Source: Mobula hypostoma
Taxonomy: Eukaryota
DNA: 64,000 nt
Assembly (NCBI RefSeq): GCF_963921235.1
Contig: NC_086118.1
Coordinates: 25,360,001 to 25,424,000, forward strand
Direction: 5' to 3'
The position numbers and the translations under genes were made by a program. This document shows positions 1-12,349 of this stretch, in pieces (positions within the stretch are counted from its first letter, which is position 1; the number at the start of each line of letters is the position of its first letter). Under the pieces are notes generated by a model. That model searched no databases. It was not told the DNA's origin and saw only the letters and a program-made list of their open reading frames with translations.

Positions 1-508
1 AGTTACATATAATTTCATTTCATAAAATAAGGGAACAGTTTACCATTTGATATGCAGCAGTTTCTAACTCACTTGTTCTCACACAGACCCTGTGCCAAAC
101 TTGGTCGTCTCTAATATCCTTCCATTGGCATTTATAGCCTGGAAGCTGAACCCACCTGGAATGTAAAATGCTGAGTAACCACCAGGGGAGTCTCCAAGAG
201 TCCCCAAAAGGGAGATCCAAAGTAGGAGGGCTGAAATAGGAGTGCCAAAGTGCAGATGAAACAGAACTGAGGAAGTAGGTATCCCGAAATCGAATGTTTA
301 AATATAAGTGTTAAAACAGCAGTGCCAAAACTGGAGTACCCAAAGAGAAACACTGAATGAGGAGTGCTGAAATAGGTGTGACCAACCAGGAGTGCTCAAA
401 CAATAGAGCTCAGTCGGTACTGCTGACATCTTTGCATTGAAACAGGGATCCAAAGTTGAGCCCGCAAGCTAGGGTATCTAAAATATGGAAAAAGAAGTTT
501 GCAATGCA

Positions 509-3500
509 CATAAGACCATATAACATACGAGTAGAATTCAGCCATTAGGCCCATTGAGTCTACTCCACCATTCAATCATGGCTGATCCTTTTTTACCCCT
601 CTTCAACCCCTTTCCTCGGCCTTCTTCCCGTAACCTTTGGTGCAATGTCCAATCGAGAACCTACCAGTCTCTGCCTTAAATGCACCCAATGACCTGGCCT
701 CCACAGCTGCATGTGGTAACAAATTCCACACATTCACCACCCTCTGGCAAAAGAAATTTCTTCACAACTCTGTTTCAAATGGACGCCCTTCAATCCTGTG
801 GCCATACCTTCTTGTCCTAGACTCTCCCAGCATGAGAAACATCCTTTGCACATCTACTCTGTCTAGGCCTTTTTAAGATTTAAAAGGTTTCAATGAGACC
901 CCCCCACATTCTTCTAAATTTCAGCAAGTACAGACCCAGAACTATCAAACGTTCTTTGTATAACAACCCTTTCATTTCTGGAATCATCCTTGTGAATATC
1001 CTCTGGACCCTCTCCAATGCCTGGATTTTTTTTTTTCTGAGACGAGGAGGTCAAAATTGTTCACAATACGCAAGGTGAGGCCTCACCAGTGTCTTATGAA
1101 GCCTCAGCATCACATCCTTGCTCTTGTATTCAATACCTCTTGAAATTAATACTAACATTGCATTTGCCTTCCTCACCACCGACTCAATGTGCAAGTTAAT
1201 CTTTAGGGTCTTCTGCACAAGGACTCCCAAGTCCCTTTGCATCTCAGATTTTTGGATTTTCTCCCCGCATGGAAAATAGTCAGCACATTTATTCCTTCTA
1301 CCAAAGTGCATGACCATCTATTTTCCAACATTGTATTTCATTTGCCACTTTCTTGCCCATTCTCCTAATCTGTCTAAGTCCTTCTGAAGCCTACTTATTT
1401 CCTCAACACCACCTACCTCTCCACCAATCTTTGTATCATCTGAAAACTTGGCAACCAAGCCATCTATTCCATCATCTAAATCATTGATACATGGCATGAA
1501 AAGAAGCGGTCCCAACATTGACCCCTGTGGAACACCACTAGTCACTTGCAGCCAACCAGACAAGGATCCTTTTACTCCCATTTGCTGCCTCCTATCTATC
1601 AGCCAATGCTCTAACCATATTAGTAACTTTCTTGTAAAAATACCATGGGCTCTTAACTTGGTAAGTAGCTTCATTTGTGGCAGAGGCTTTCTGAAAGTCT
1701 AAATAAACAACATCCACTACATCTATCTTACTTGTAATCTCTTCAAAGAATTCCAACAGGTTCATCAGGCAAGATTTTCCCTTAAGAAAACCAAGCAGCA
1801 CACACAAAATGCTGGAAGAACTCAGCAGTCCAAGCAGCATCAATGGACAAAAGTACAGTTAACTTTTTGGGCGGAAAATCTTCGGCAGGACTGACTTTGC
1901 CCTATCTTGTTCTGTGTCACCAAGTACTCCATAACCTCATGCTTAACAATTGACTCTAACACCTTCCCAACCACTGAGGTCAGGCTAACTGGTCTATAAT
2001 TTGTTTTTGGCTGCCTTCATCCTTTCTTAAAGAGTGGAGGGACATTTGCAATTTACCAGTCCTCTTGCACCATGCCAAAGTCATTTTTGAAGGATCATTG
2101 CTAATGCCTCCACAATCTCTAACCCTACCTCTTTCAGAACCTTAGGGCACAGATCATCTTAGGTCATTCAGCTTTTTGAGCACCGTCTCCCTTGTAATAG
2201 TAACTGCACTCACTGCTCTTCCTCCACACTAGTGTCTTCCACATGAAGACTGATGCAAAAAACTCAGTTAGCTCATCTACCATCTCCTTGTCCCCATTAT
2301 TATTTCTCCTTCCTTATTTTTGAGCAATCCTACATCTACCCTCATCTCTCTTTTATTTCTTACATACTTCAAAAAGCTTTTACCATCCACTTTGATATTG
2401 TTTCCTAACTTGCCTTCATATTTCATCTTTTCCCTTCTAATGATTCCTTTAGTTGCTCTCTGTAAGTTTTTAGAAGCTCCCAATCCTCTATCTTCCTGCT
2501 AATTTTTGTTTTGTTGGATGCCCCCTCTTTTGTTTTACATTAGCTTTCACTTCCCTTGTCTGCCAAGGTTGTACTATGTTTCCAATTGAGTATTTCTTCA
2601 TTTTTGGAATACATCTGCCCTGCACCTTCCTCATTTTTCCCAGAAACTCATGCCATTGCTGCTGTGCTGTCATCCCCTGCCAGCATCTCCTTCCAATTTA
2701 CTTTGGCCAACTGCTATCTCATACCACTGTGATTTCCTTTACTGCAATGTCAGACTTTACTTTCTCCCTATCAAATTTCAAGCTGAACTCAATCATATTG
2801 TGATCATTGGCTCCTAAGGGCTCTTTTACCTGAAGCTCCCTAATCACCACTGGTTCATTTCATAACACCCAATCCAGTATAGCTGATCCCCAAGCAGGCT
2901 CAACAACAAACTGCTCTAAAAAGCCATCTTGTAGACATTCAACTAACTCACTCTCTTGAGATCCATTCCTACCTGATTTTCCCAATCAACCTGCACGTTA
3001 AAATCTCCCGTGACCACCATAACATTGCCCTTTTGACACAACTTTTCTATTTCCTGTTGTAATCCGTGGTCCACATCCCAGCCACTGTTGAGAGGCCTGT
3101 ATATAACTGCCATCAAGGTTCTTTTACCCTTACAGTTTTTTAACTCAACCCACAAGGATTCAACATCTTCTGATCCAATGTCACATATTTCTACTGATTT
3201 GATGCCAGTCTTCACCAGGGGAGCCATGTCATCCCCTTTGCCTACCTTCCTATCCCTCTGATACAACACGTAATCTTGGATGTTCAGCTCCCAACTACAA
3301 CCATCCTTCAACCATGATTCAGCAATGGCCACAACGTCATACTTGACAATCTGTAATAGTGGAACAAAATCATCCACCTTATTTCTTATACTCTGTGCAT
3401 TGAGATATAACACTTTGAGTACTGTATTTGCAACCCTTTTTGATTCTGCATCCCTAATGCACTGATACTCACCCTGCTGCCTGCAATTTTGTCCTTTCAC

Positions 3501-4195
3501 CTGCTTGCCCTTTCTGACAGTCTGACTACATGCTATCCTTGCTTTTTTACCATCTGTCCTTCCCTGAATCCCCTCATTCCAGTTCCCACCTCCTGCCAAA
3601 TTAGTTTAAACTCTCCCCAACAGCTCTAACAAACCTGCCTATAAGAAAAACGCAAACAACAGGAATTCTGCAGATGCTGGAAATTCAAGCAACACACATC
3701 AAAGTTGCTGGTGAACGCAGCAGGCCAGGCAGCATCTATAGGAAGAGACGCAGTCGACGTTTCAGGCCGAGACCCTTCGTCCTGAGGGTCTCGGCCTGAA
3801 ACGTCGACTGCGTCTCTTCCTATAGATGCTGCCTGGCCTGCTGCGTTCACCAGCAACTTTGATGTGTGTTGCCTGCCTATAAGAATACTGGTCTTCCTTG
3901 GGTTTAGGTGCAACCCATCCCTTTTGAACAGGTCATACCTCCCCCAGAAGAGATCCCAATGATCCAAACACCTGAAGCCCTGCCCCCTGCACCAGCTTCT
4001 CAGCCACGCATTTATCCGCCAAATCATCCTGTTTCTACCCTCACTAGCACGTGGTACAGGTAGCAATCCAGAAATTACTGTCCTGGAGGTCCTGCTTCTC
4101 AGCTTTCTCCCTAGCTCTCTAAATTCTCTCTTCAGGACCTCATTGCTTTTCCTTCCTACATCATTGGTACCAATATGTACTAAGACATCTGGCTG
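509..4195 (-). mobile_element. Decayed CR1-clade LINE (ORF1 esterase end, APE endonuclease, RT, 3' end)
   Basis: Minus-strand ORF fragments: SGNH-like FRCLDHWDLFWGRYDLFKRDGLHLN, endonuclease YLNAQSIRNK...GDFN, RT DVVYLDFQKA, SGVPQGSMLGPLLF, KFSDDTK, LVRPHLAYC. Many stops and frameshifts. Confidence 0.92.
3648..3871. mobile_element. Penelope terminal-repeat-derived fold-back mini-insertion inside the CR1
   Basis: Perfect 88-bp inverted arms 3689-3776 and 3785-3872, 8-nt loop; flanking direct repeat cctgcctataagaa at 3634-3647 and 3872-3885; sequence matches the PLE end at ~52320-52443. Confidence 0.9.
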
Positions 4196-4740
4196 CTCTC
4201 TCTAAAATGCTATTCTTCATTGTTGAATGAAGAATGTCAAAATAGATTGAATCTCCCTTTTTAAGAGGCTGAAGCTCACTTTTACACTCTGTCTCTATTA
4301 TAAGGCCTCGGATCGCAAATGTTTTTCTAACTCCCATCATGGCTTATTTTTGGTGAGAACTATATTGTATTGTCTCCTTCTTCCTTCTATGAAAATGCAT
4401 CACTTCCAATTTTTAAAAAAATCATCTCCCACATGATGGTCATTCTGTCAGCCTATTTACCTTCTCTTGGTCTATCACCATCTTCATCACTGTTTATTAC
4501 AAACTTCTAATTTTTGTCTCATCAGCAAATCTCGGAACACCAGGGCATAATTAATTGGTATATCTAAGGAAGCAGTGATTTTGCTGGAATGCCATCCTTC
4601 GGTGAGTGTCATGATATATCTCTCTCCAGCTTCTATTGTGTGGGTTTCAATTTTCTGACAAGACCATAAGACTATATGACATAAGAACTATTGTATTAGT
4701 CTGTATAATTGTTATTTTCTGTACAGTTTAATAATTAATT

Positions 4741-5058
4741 CAACCAACACACATCAAAGTTGCTGGTGAACGCAGCAGGACAGGCAGCATCTCTTGGAAG
4801 AGGTGCAGTCGACCTAGAGATCCTAGAGCATCCTAGAGATGCTGCCTGGCCTGCTGCGTTCACCATCCTAGAGATGCTGCCTGGCCTGCTGCGTTCACCA
4901 GTCGACTGCACCTCTTCCTAGAGATGCTGCCTGGCCTGCTGCGTTCACCAGTCAACTGCACCTCTTCCTAGAGATGCTGCCTGGCCTGCTGCGTTCACCA
5001 GCAACTTTGATGTGTGTTGCTTGAATTTCCAGCATCTGCAGAATTCCTGTTGTTTGTG
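4741..5058. mobile_element. Penelope terminal-repeat-derived fold-back insertion with internal reiterations
   Basis: Inverted arm 4745-4813; four copies of tcctagagatgctgcctggcctgctgcgttcacca; 13-bp direct repeat ttaataattaatt at 4728-4740 and 5059-5071. Confidence 0.88.
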
Positions 5059-5454
5059 TTAATAATTAATTGCCTGTTTGTATTTTATTATCTACTTAAA
5101 TACATGCTGCTGTTTAGTATGATTACTAGAGGTCACAATAGGAAAATGCAATTGTTCAGCATGTTCCTGGTGGTTGCAGTTCTGTCCCTTCCTGGAAGCT
5201 TCTTGGTATTGTGTTATTTGAATGGGAACTATCTGATTGGTTAACTCTCATCTACAAATTTGAATGGAATGTTTCTTATCTATGGTATAAGAAGGGCTGA
5301 GCACATTGACCCACCATCTTTATTCTTAGCCACTAGACTTTTGCAACTCTACGTTACCAATTCTCTTTGTTCTATTAGCGCTTAATAAAAAGACCATGAG
5401 GCAACAAGTTTTGTGCCACTTTCTTGACCTCCAAAAGAACTTGGATTAAAAAAA

Positions 5455-5840
5455 AAATCAGAATCCAAGAGAGCAGAATTAGGCTATTAGGGCCCATTGT
5501 GTCTGCTCTGCCATTTGGTCATAGCTGAGTTATTTCCATCTCAACCCTATTTGCCTTCTCCCGTAACCTTTGATGACCTTACTAATTAAGTACCTTTCAA
5601 CCTCTGTATTAAATATATCCAATGACTTTCTCTCCACAGCCACCTGAAAGTCCTTTCATCTCTATTATAACTGGATGTCCGTCTGTTCTGAGGCTGTGCC
5701 CTCCGCTCCTAGACTCTTCCACCATTCAAAATATCCTCTGCATGTCCATTCTATCTAAACTTTACAATATAGTAGGTTTCAATAAGATCCTTCCCACTTC
5801 TAAACCCCAGTAAATACAAACCCAGAACCATCAAACACTT
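5455..5840 (-). mobile_element. CR1 LINE 3'-end fragment
   Basis: Similar to 509-950 (ctgaggctgtgccct...ctagactct, gcagaattaggc). Confidence 0.75.
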
Positions 5841-7250
5841 TGTTAAGTATTAACACAAGCAGAAATTGCTGGAAACACTCAGCAGCTCCGGCAGCTAAGT
5901 GAAGTTTTGTTTCAGCATCTAAAGCTTTCGCTAAGCCTTTTTTTTTTATCATGTGACAGTCCATTTGAAAGTCCATGTGGGTAACGTCAACTTATACAGC
6001 TTCTGCCTTACATTATGAAAACTGTATGAAACCTGATACGCACATTGGTCTTTATCACATCATATTGATCCCATTATACAATTATTAATTACGACCTGAT
6101 TATTGTTTGCAGCAGTTTCCATGTCAGTTTAATGTTACATTGTTTGGCCTTGACAACTGGACTTAGCTTTGCGTGCTACTTTGAATATTGTAGGTACTTG
6201 CCCAGTTCTCTCATATCAACAGCACGTCAAACCTGGAACAAAAGGTCTTACACAGCACCTCAATGATTCTGACATGCTGCACCTTTAACAAACTACAGAG
6301 CAAACCTTTCACTTTATGAACTTTTAGCTTAGCCAGTGCCTTTTTTTTTACTTTCTTCTTTCTTAAAAAAGATAAATACAACATACTCTGGCCAGTATCC
6401 ATTTTATAGGCTCTCCCTCCATGTGTAGATCTCCTTTTAGGCTATTATTGGCCCTAATCTTTTTCATTATCTTAATTAATCCTCTTAATAATTTTCAATT
6501 ATTATTTCAATTATTTTTATGTTAGCAGTCAGTCAGCTTTTATATGCTCTCTCTGGCCTTTATATTTATTTTTTATACCGTATATCCATTCAATCTTTCA
6601 ATGTTTGGCCAGATTCTCATTCATGCAATTAACATATCATACATCTTCTTTCTCTACTTCATCTGAATATTTGAACCTTTCATCACTCAGGAAGCTCTGA
6701 CATATTATCATTGGCCAACCACAATTGTGCAACTAAGTGGAGGGGAAAAAAACAAGAAAAGGAGAGGAGGATTAATTTGACCTCATTGAAGAGACACCAT
6801 TTCTCCAGAGGGAATCTTTTCAGTCAAACCTAACATTGCTTCCCACCACCACTGTCATTCTCAGAACACTTAGTCTCAACCTGGGAGATCTGCTTTTTAG
6901 TCCACTATTCAAAAATATTTTGTTACATTTTACAAAAAAAATTACATTTTAGTTAGTGTGCTTCTCATGCATAGGCTATTAAAGAATTTTTACCATTTTT
7001 AATGCACAACATTCAAATTTGAAACATGTTTGCCCTCTGCAGGTAGAACATGTTAACAACATAAGCAACTTAGGCGGATGATTCCATTTTAGTTATTTTG
7101 CCAGATGTTGATGGATTTATTTACCGTAAATTAGGCAGATAACTTTAATGTTCCAATAAAAAATGACTTTCTATTTAAAAATAATGGTCTCCACCTGAAA
7201 AGATTTTAATAATTGAATAAAAATTAAGAAGTAGTTTATCATAACCATAT

Positions 7251-7303
7251 AAAACAACAGGAATTCTGCAGATGCTGGAAATTCAAGCAACATACATCAA
7301 AGT
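7251..7303 (-). repeat. Short Penelope 3'-terminal fragment
   Basis: aaacaacaggaattctgcagatgctggaaattcaagcaacatacatcaaagt, near-identical to the left end of the 3648 insertion. Confidence 0.8.
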
Positions 7304-7835
7304 ATATATTAGTTATGTTGTAATTACAACTTTCAGTTAAGTGTTTATTATTCACCAAACTATTTAATCTGAAAAGTAGTCAATATAAAGTAGTTTATAT
7401 TTTTGAGTATACACTAGACACTTTTTGTATAAATGTTCAGTGAGGTAAATAACAAGAAATGAGTTCATAAGTAAATATTCTTCATTAAAGCAATCAACAC
7501 TCAACTAAAAGCAATGACTTTACAGTAGTGTATCAAAAGTCATACCACATGGTGAGCTCAATTGTAAAGGTACATGCAGCATACATTCAGAATATAGCAC
7601 AAAATTCAGTTCCTGATATTTCTCTATAGATACCAGGCAAACTAATAAGGTTTATTTGCTGAACAAGATATATAAAACAGTAGGAAATTAAAAGTTTTTA
7701 TTAAGTTCTCCACTTCCAAAATGGGCAAACAAGGTCAAACACAGAAGCAAACATTTCTGTACGTAGCACAAATTTTGATTTCAGCACTCCATGGAGGCCT
7801 ATAGCATCAAGAATTAGAGTGGATAATATTTCAAT

Positions 7836-8141
7836 GAGCTCTATAACAACCTACCGATGCTCTCCACTAAAAGCGAGGTGAGAAGACTGCAACTAGCGGG
7901 GCACTGTCTACGCCACCCCGAGCTACCTGCCAGCCTAGTCATCATACGGGAGCCCAAGCACGGGAGGATGAACCGTGGGCGCCCTCCCAAGACTATGGTC
8001 AACACGCTCCTTGAAGACAGCGGTGCGGCTAATGTAGATGAACTGAACACACTGATGAGGGAGAGGGAGAAGTGGAGAGTCCGTCATCGTGCCCAACACC
8101 AGCCCCCTAGGCCTGAGTCGACGTAGTAGTAGTAGTAGTAC
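7836..8141 (+). mobile_element. 5'-truncated RTE-clade-like LINE 3' end with (TAG)n tail
   Basis: ORF RRLQLAGHCLRHPE...RGRPPKT...LMREREKWR resembles RTE C-termini; (tag)n tail 8124-8140; atttcaat direct repeat at 7828-7835 and 8142-8149. Confidence 0.75.
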
Positions 8142-8639
8142 ATTTCAATAGATTATAAGGAACTTGTGACTAAATGGGAATCTTTGTTGAAGATTAGATC
8201 GGAGAAAGAACAATCAAATATTTTCTTAATATTGAGAGATCTGAAAGATGGGGAGAGGTGGAATCAAATGATTAGATAATGATAGTCTGGAACTTTCTCC
8301 CCAAAAGGCCATGGATGCAGGAACAATCTTAATCTTGTTTGTAAAATCCTATAATACATGGTTACATGTTGGAAAAGGAGGGCTGCAAAGTTTTGCAGTG
8401 AGAGGAAAATTATGGAAGAGAACATGGAACTGATAAAAGGACATTAAGTATCTCTGTTGCGGTCTCCATAGGATGAGGTCTGATCTACTGAATATTTCTA
8501 CCATCTTCCATTTCTATTATACATTCTTCCTCTTTGGGAAAAGACAACTACTTTGTCTTGCGGTATAAGATTTTAATAGTAGCTGAGGAAATCACATAAC
8601 TGTACGTATTACTACAACAGCTTGTGGCTATTCCTCTCA

Positions 8640-10890
8640 ATAATAAGTATACTTTTCTAGATACTGTTGATGGGGGAAACCTACCAGGGGTAGCCACATC
8701 AACTGAGTCTCTGGTACTGAGTCTAGCACTGAGGCTCTGAAGGGAAGGGGGAAGAAGATGACTGTAGCAGTGATAGACGATTCTATAGTTCGAGAAGTAG
8801 ATACAAGATTCTGTGGACATGATAGATGCACCCAGATTGTATGTTGCTTCCCACGTGCCAGGGTCAGAGATGTATTGGGTCGGGTCCGTGACATTTTAAA
8901 GGAGGAGGCTCAGCAGCCAGAAGTCTTAGTACAAATTGGCACAGATATATAGGTAGAAAAAGTGAGGAAGTCCTGGCCTGGGTAGAAAGCTGAAAAGCAG
9001 GACCTCCAGGGTAGCAATCTCTGGATTGCTGCCTGTGTCCTGCACCAGTGAGGGTAAGAATAGGATGATTTGGCAGGCATGCATGGCAGAGAAACTGGTA
9101 TAGGGGGCAGGGTTTTGGATTTCTGGATCATTGGGGTCTCTTTTAGGGAAGGTATGACCTGTACAAAAGGGACAGGTTATACCTGAATCCAAGGGGGACC
9201 AACATCCTTGCAGGCAGGCTTGCAGCTGCAGTTGGTGAGGGTTTAAACTAATCTGGCAAGGGGCTGGATACTGGAGTGATAGGACTGAGGATAGAACTGT
9301 TGGTTTACAAGCAGAGGTGGTGTGTAGTGAAGCTGTCAGGAAGAACAGGCAGATACGATAAGGTAAAATTGCAGTCTGATTTGTGGTGAAGAAGGGAGAC
9401 TACTTTGAAAAGGGTGTTGGTATCTGGATAGAAGGTTTTATATTTGAATGTATGCAGTATACAGAATAAAGTAGATGACCTTGTTGCACAGTTGGAGATT
9501 GACAGGTACCATATAATGTTGTGGGCATCACTGAGTCATGGTTGAAAGAAGATTATAATTTGGCGCTTAACATCCAAGTATCACGTTGCATCAAAAGGAC
9601 AAGCAAGTAGGCAAAGGGTGTGGTGTGGGTCTATTGGTAAAAAATTAAATCAAATCCTTAGAAAGAGGTGACATAGGATCAGAAGATGTAGACTCTTTGT
9701 GGACAGTATTAAGAAACTGCAAGTGTAAAAAGACGCTGATGGGAGTTATATACAGGCCTCCAAACAGTACCCAGGATATAGGATACAAATTACAATGGGA
9801 GATTAGAAAAGACTTGTCAAAAAGGCAGCAATGTTACAATGGTCACGGGGGATTTCAATATGCAGGTTGATTGGTAAAATCAATTTGGTGTTGGATCCCA
9901 AGAGAGAGAAATTGTAGAATGCCTACAAGATGGCTTTTTAGAGCAGCTTGTGGTTCAGCCCATTAGGGGATCAGCTATTCTGGATTAGGTGTTGTTTAAT
10001 GGACTGAATTTGATTAGAGAGCTTAAGGTAAAGGAACCCTTATGAGACAATGATCATAATATGCTAGAATTCACCCTGCAATCTTAGCGGGAGAAGAAAA
10101 GTCAGATGTACCATTATTACAGTGGAGTAAAGCGAATGGCAGAGGCATAAGAGAGGAGCTGGCCAAAGTTGACTGGAAGGGGACACTAGCAAGGATGACA
10201 GCAGAGCAGCAATGACTGGAGTTTCTGGGAGCAATTCGGAAGGTGCAGGATAGATACATCTCAAATAAGAAGAAGTATTTTAAGAAATAATGGTAGGATG
10301 ATGCAACCATACCTGACATGTGGAGGTCAAAGCCAACATAAAAGTAAAGGAGAGGGCATATCATGGACCAAAAATTAGTGGGAAGTTAGAGAATTGGGAA
10401 ACTTTTATAAGCCAGCAGAAGGCAATTAAAAAATCCATTGGGGGAAGAGATGAAATATGAAGGAAAATGAGCCAACAATATCAAAGAGGATACCAACATT
10501 TTTTCAGAATCCATATATAGAATAAAAGAGAGGCACAAGTAGATAATGGACCACTGGAAAATAATGCTAGAGAGGCAGTAATAGGGGAAAAGGAAATAGC
10601 AGATGAAGTATTTTGCATCATTTTTTGCTGTAGAAGACACTATGAGTATGATGGAATTTTGAGAGTGTCAGGGGGCAGAAGTGAATGTAATTGCTATTAC
10701 TAGTGATGTGTTCGGGAAGCTGAAAGGTCTGAAGATAGCTAAGACATCTGGACCTGATGGACTATGCCCCAGGGTTCTAAAATAGGAGCTGAAGAGATTG
10801 TGGAGGCATTTGTAATGATCTTTCAAGAATAACTAGCTTCTGGAATGGTTCCAGAGGACCGAAAAACTGCAAATGTCACTTCACTCTTCA
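8640..10890 (+). mobile_element. Decayed CR1 LINE (ORF1 esterase to start of RT)
   Basis: VIDDSIVR...VCCFPRARVRDV...QIGTDI (SGNH esterase), then endonuclease-like sequence homologous to 52450-53700 reversed; cut by a PLE at 10892. Confidence 0.88.
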
Positions 10891-10891
10891 A

Positions 10892-11654
10892 AATATATAA
10901 AAGGTCACATCGGGAGCACCGGACGCAGTATATCACCCCAGTCGACTCACAGGTGAAGGTGCCTTTTATATATTGGTGAGACCCGACGCAGACTGGGAGA
11001 CCGCTTTGCTGAACATCTACGCTCTGTCCGCCAGAGAAAGCAGGATCTCCCAGTGGCCACACATTTTAATTCCACATCCCATTCCCATTCTGACATGTCT
11101 ATCCACGGCCTCCTCTACTGTAAAGATGAAGCCACACTCAGGTTGGAGGAACAACACCTTATATTCCGTCTGGGTAGCCTCCAACCTGATGGCATGAACA
11201 TCGACTTCTCTAACTTCCGCTAAGGCCCCACCTCCCCCTCGTACCCCATCTGTTACTCATTTTTATGCACACATTCTTTCTCTCACTCTCCTTTTTCTCC
11301 CTCTGTCCCTCTGAATATACCTCTTGCCCATCCTCTGGGTCACCCCCCCCCCTTGTCTTTCTTCCCGGACCTCCTGTCCCATGATCCTCTCGTATCCCCT
11401 TTTGCCTATCACCTGTCCAGCTCTCGGCTCTATCCCTCCCCCTCCTGTCTTCTCCTATCATTTTGCATCTCCCCCTCCCCCTCCAGCTTTCAAATCCCTT
11501 ACTCACTCTTCCTTCAGTTAGTCCTGACGAAGGGTCTCGGCCTGAAACGTCGACTGCACCTCTTCCTATAGATGCTGCTTGGCCTGCTGCGTTCACCAGC
11601 AACTTTAATGTATGTTGCTTGAATTTCCAGCATCTGCAGAATTCCTGTTGTTTA
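10892..11654 (+). mobile_element. Penelope-like element fragment (GIY-YIG plus terminal repeat) with short 5' inversion
   Basis: 10961-11654 near-identical to ~51757-52443; 10892-10958 is the reverse complement of the immediately upstream GIY-YIG sequence (FTCESTGVIYCVRCSRC). Confidence 0.92.
11520..11555 (+). ncRNA. Minimal type-I hammerhead ribozyme motif
   Basis: agtc-CTGACGA-agggtctcggcct-GAAA-c-GTC-gact: conserved core, stem I agtc/gact, short stem II, palindromic ACGT in place of stem III. Activity not shown. Confidence 0.8.
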
Positions 11655-12349
11655 AGAATCATGTTTAATATATTGTGAAATTTGTTGCTTTGCAGCAGAA
11701 TAACAGTACAATACATAGTAGTAAACCACTCTAAACTACAATAGAAATATTATTGCTTCCAGGGAAGGTGTCAGCTAGTGGCGGTCTCTTACCCTCTCTC
11801 ACTCGCTGTTCCCAAGGGAAGGTCCTTGCGTTTAGGTGATCTCTCTCTGTCCCTTGATGCTGTCACCGGTTGGTGCCAGAGCAAGGTTTAATCCAAGCGG
11901 ATTGTAGACTTGGACTTTAATTTCAGTTTTGGTCGCTTTTTTTTTGTTACTAATTTTGGACAATTCTTGAATCGGGGCAGCCTGCAGATAATGAGCACTG
12001 AGCTGAACTGAACTGCGATATGCTGTTTGTTTCTGTGTTTTATAGTCTATTTTTTTCACACGTTTTTGTTGTTGCCGTTTGCACGATTTTTTTTTGCACG
12101 TGGGGAGAGGGGGGTTTTGATGTCATTCTTTGAACAGGTTGGTTCCATGGTTCTTTTTCTCGTGACTGCCTGCGGGGATTTCAAATTTCCGGGTCGCATA
12201 CAGCACACATACCTTGATCATTAATGTACTTTGAATCTTTGAACAACATTAAATAAGCCATGAAAAGGAGATCAAAACAAAAGAAAAAAATATTGAGGTC
12301 ACGTACATGGGTTCGTTGTCCATTCAGAAATCTGATGGCAGAGGGGAAG

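Noticed and set aside
3689..3872. Pre-miRNA or DNA-transposon MITE
   Set aside because: The arms are PLE terminal-repeat sequence with an asymmetric tail and a 14-bp TSD; small-RNA production cannot be judged from sequence.
4813..5000. CRISPR-like array of 35-bp repeats
   Set aside because: Spacers are absent or near-identical and derive from the same PLE sequence; eukaryotic context and no cas genes.
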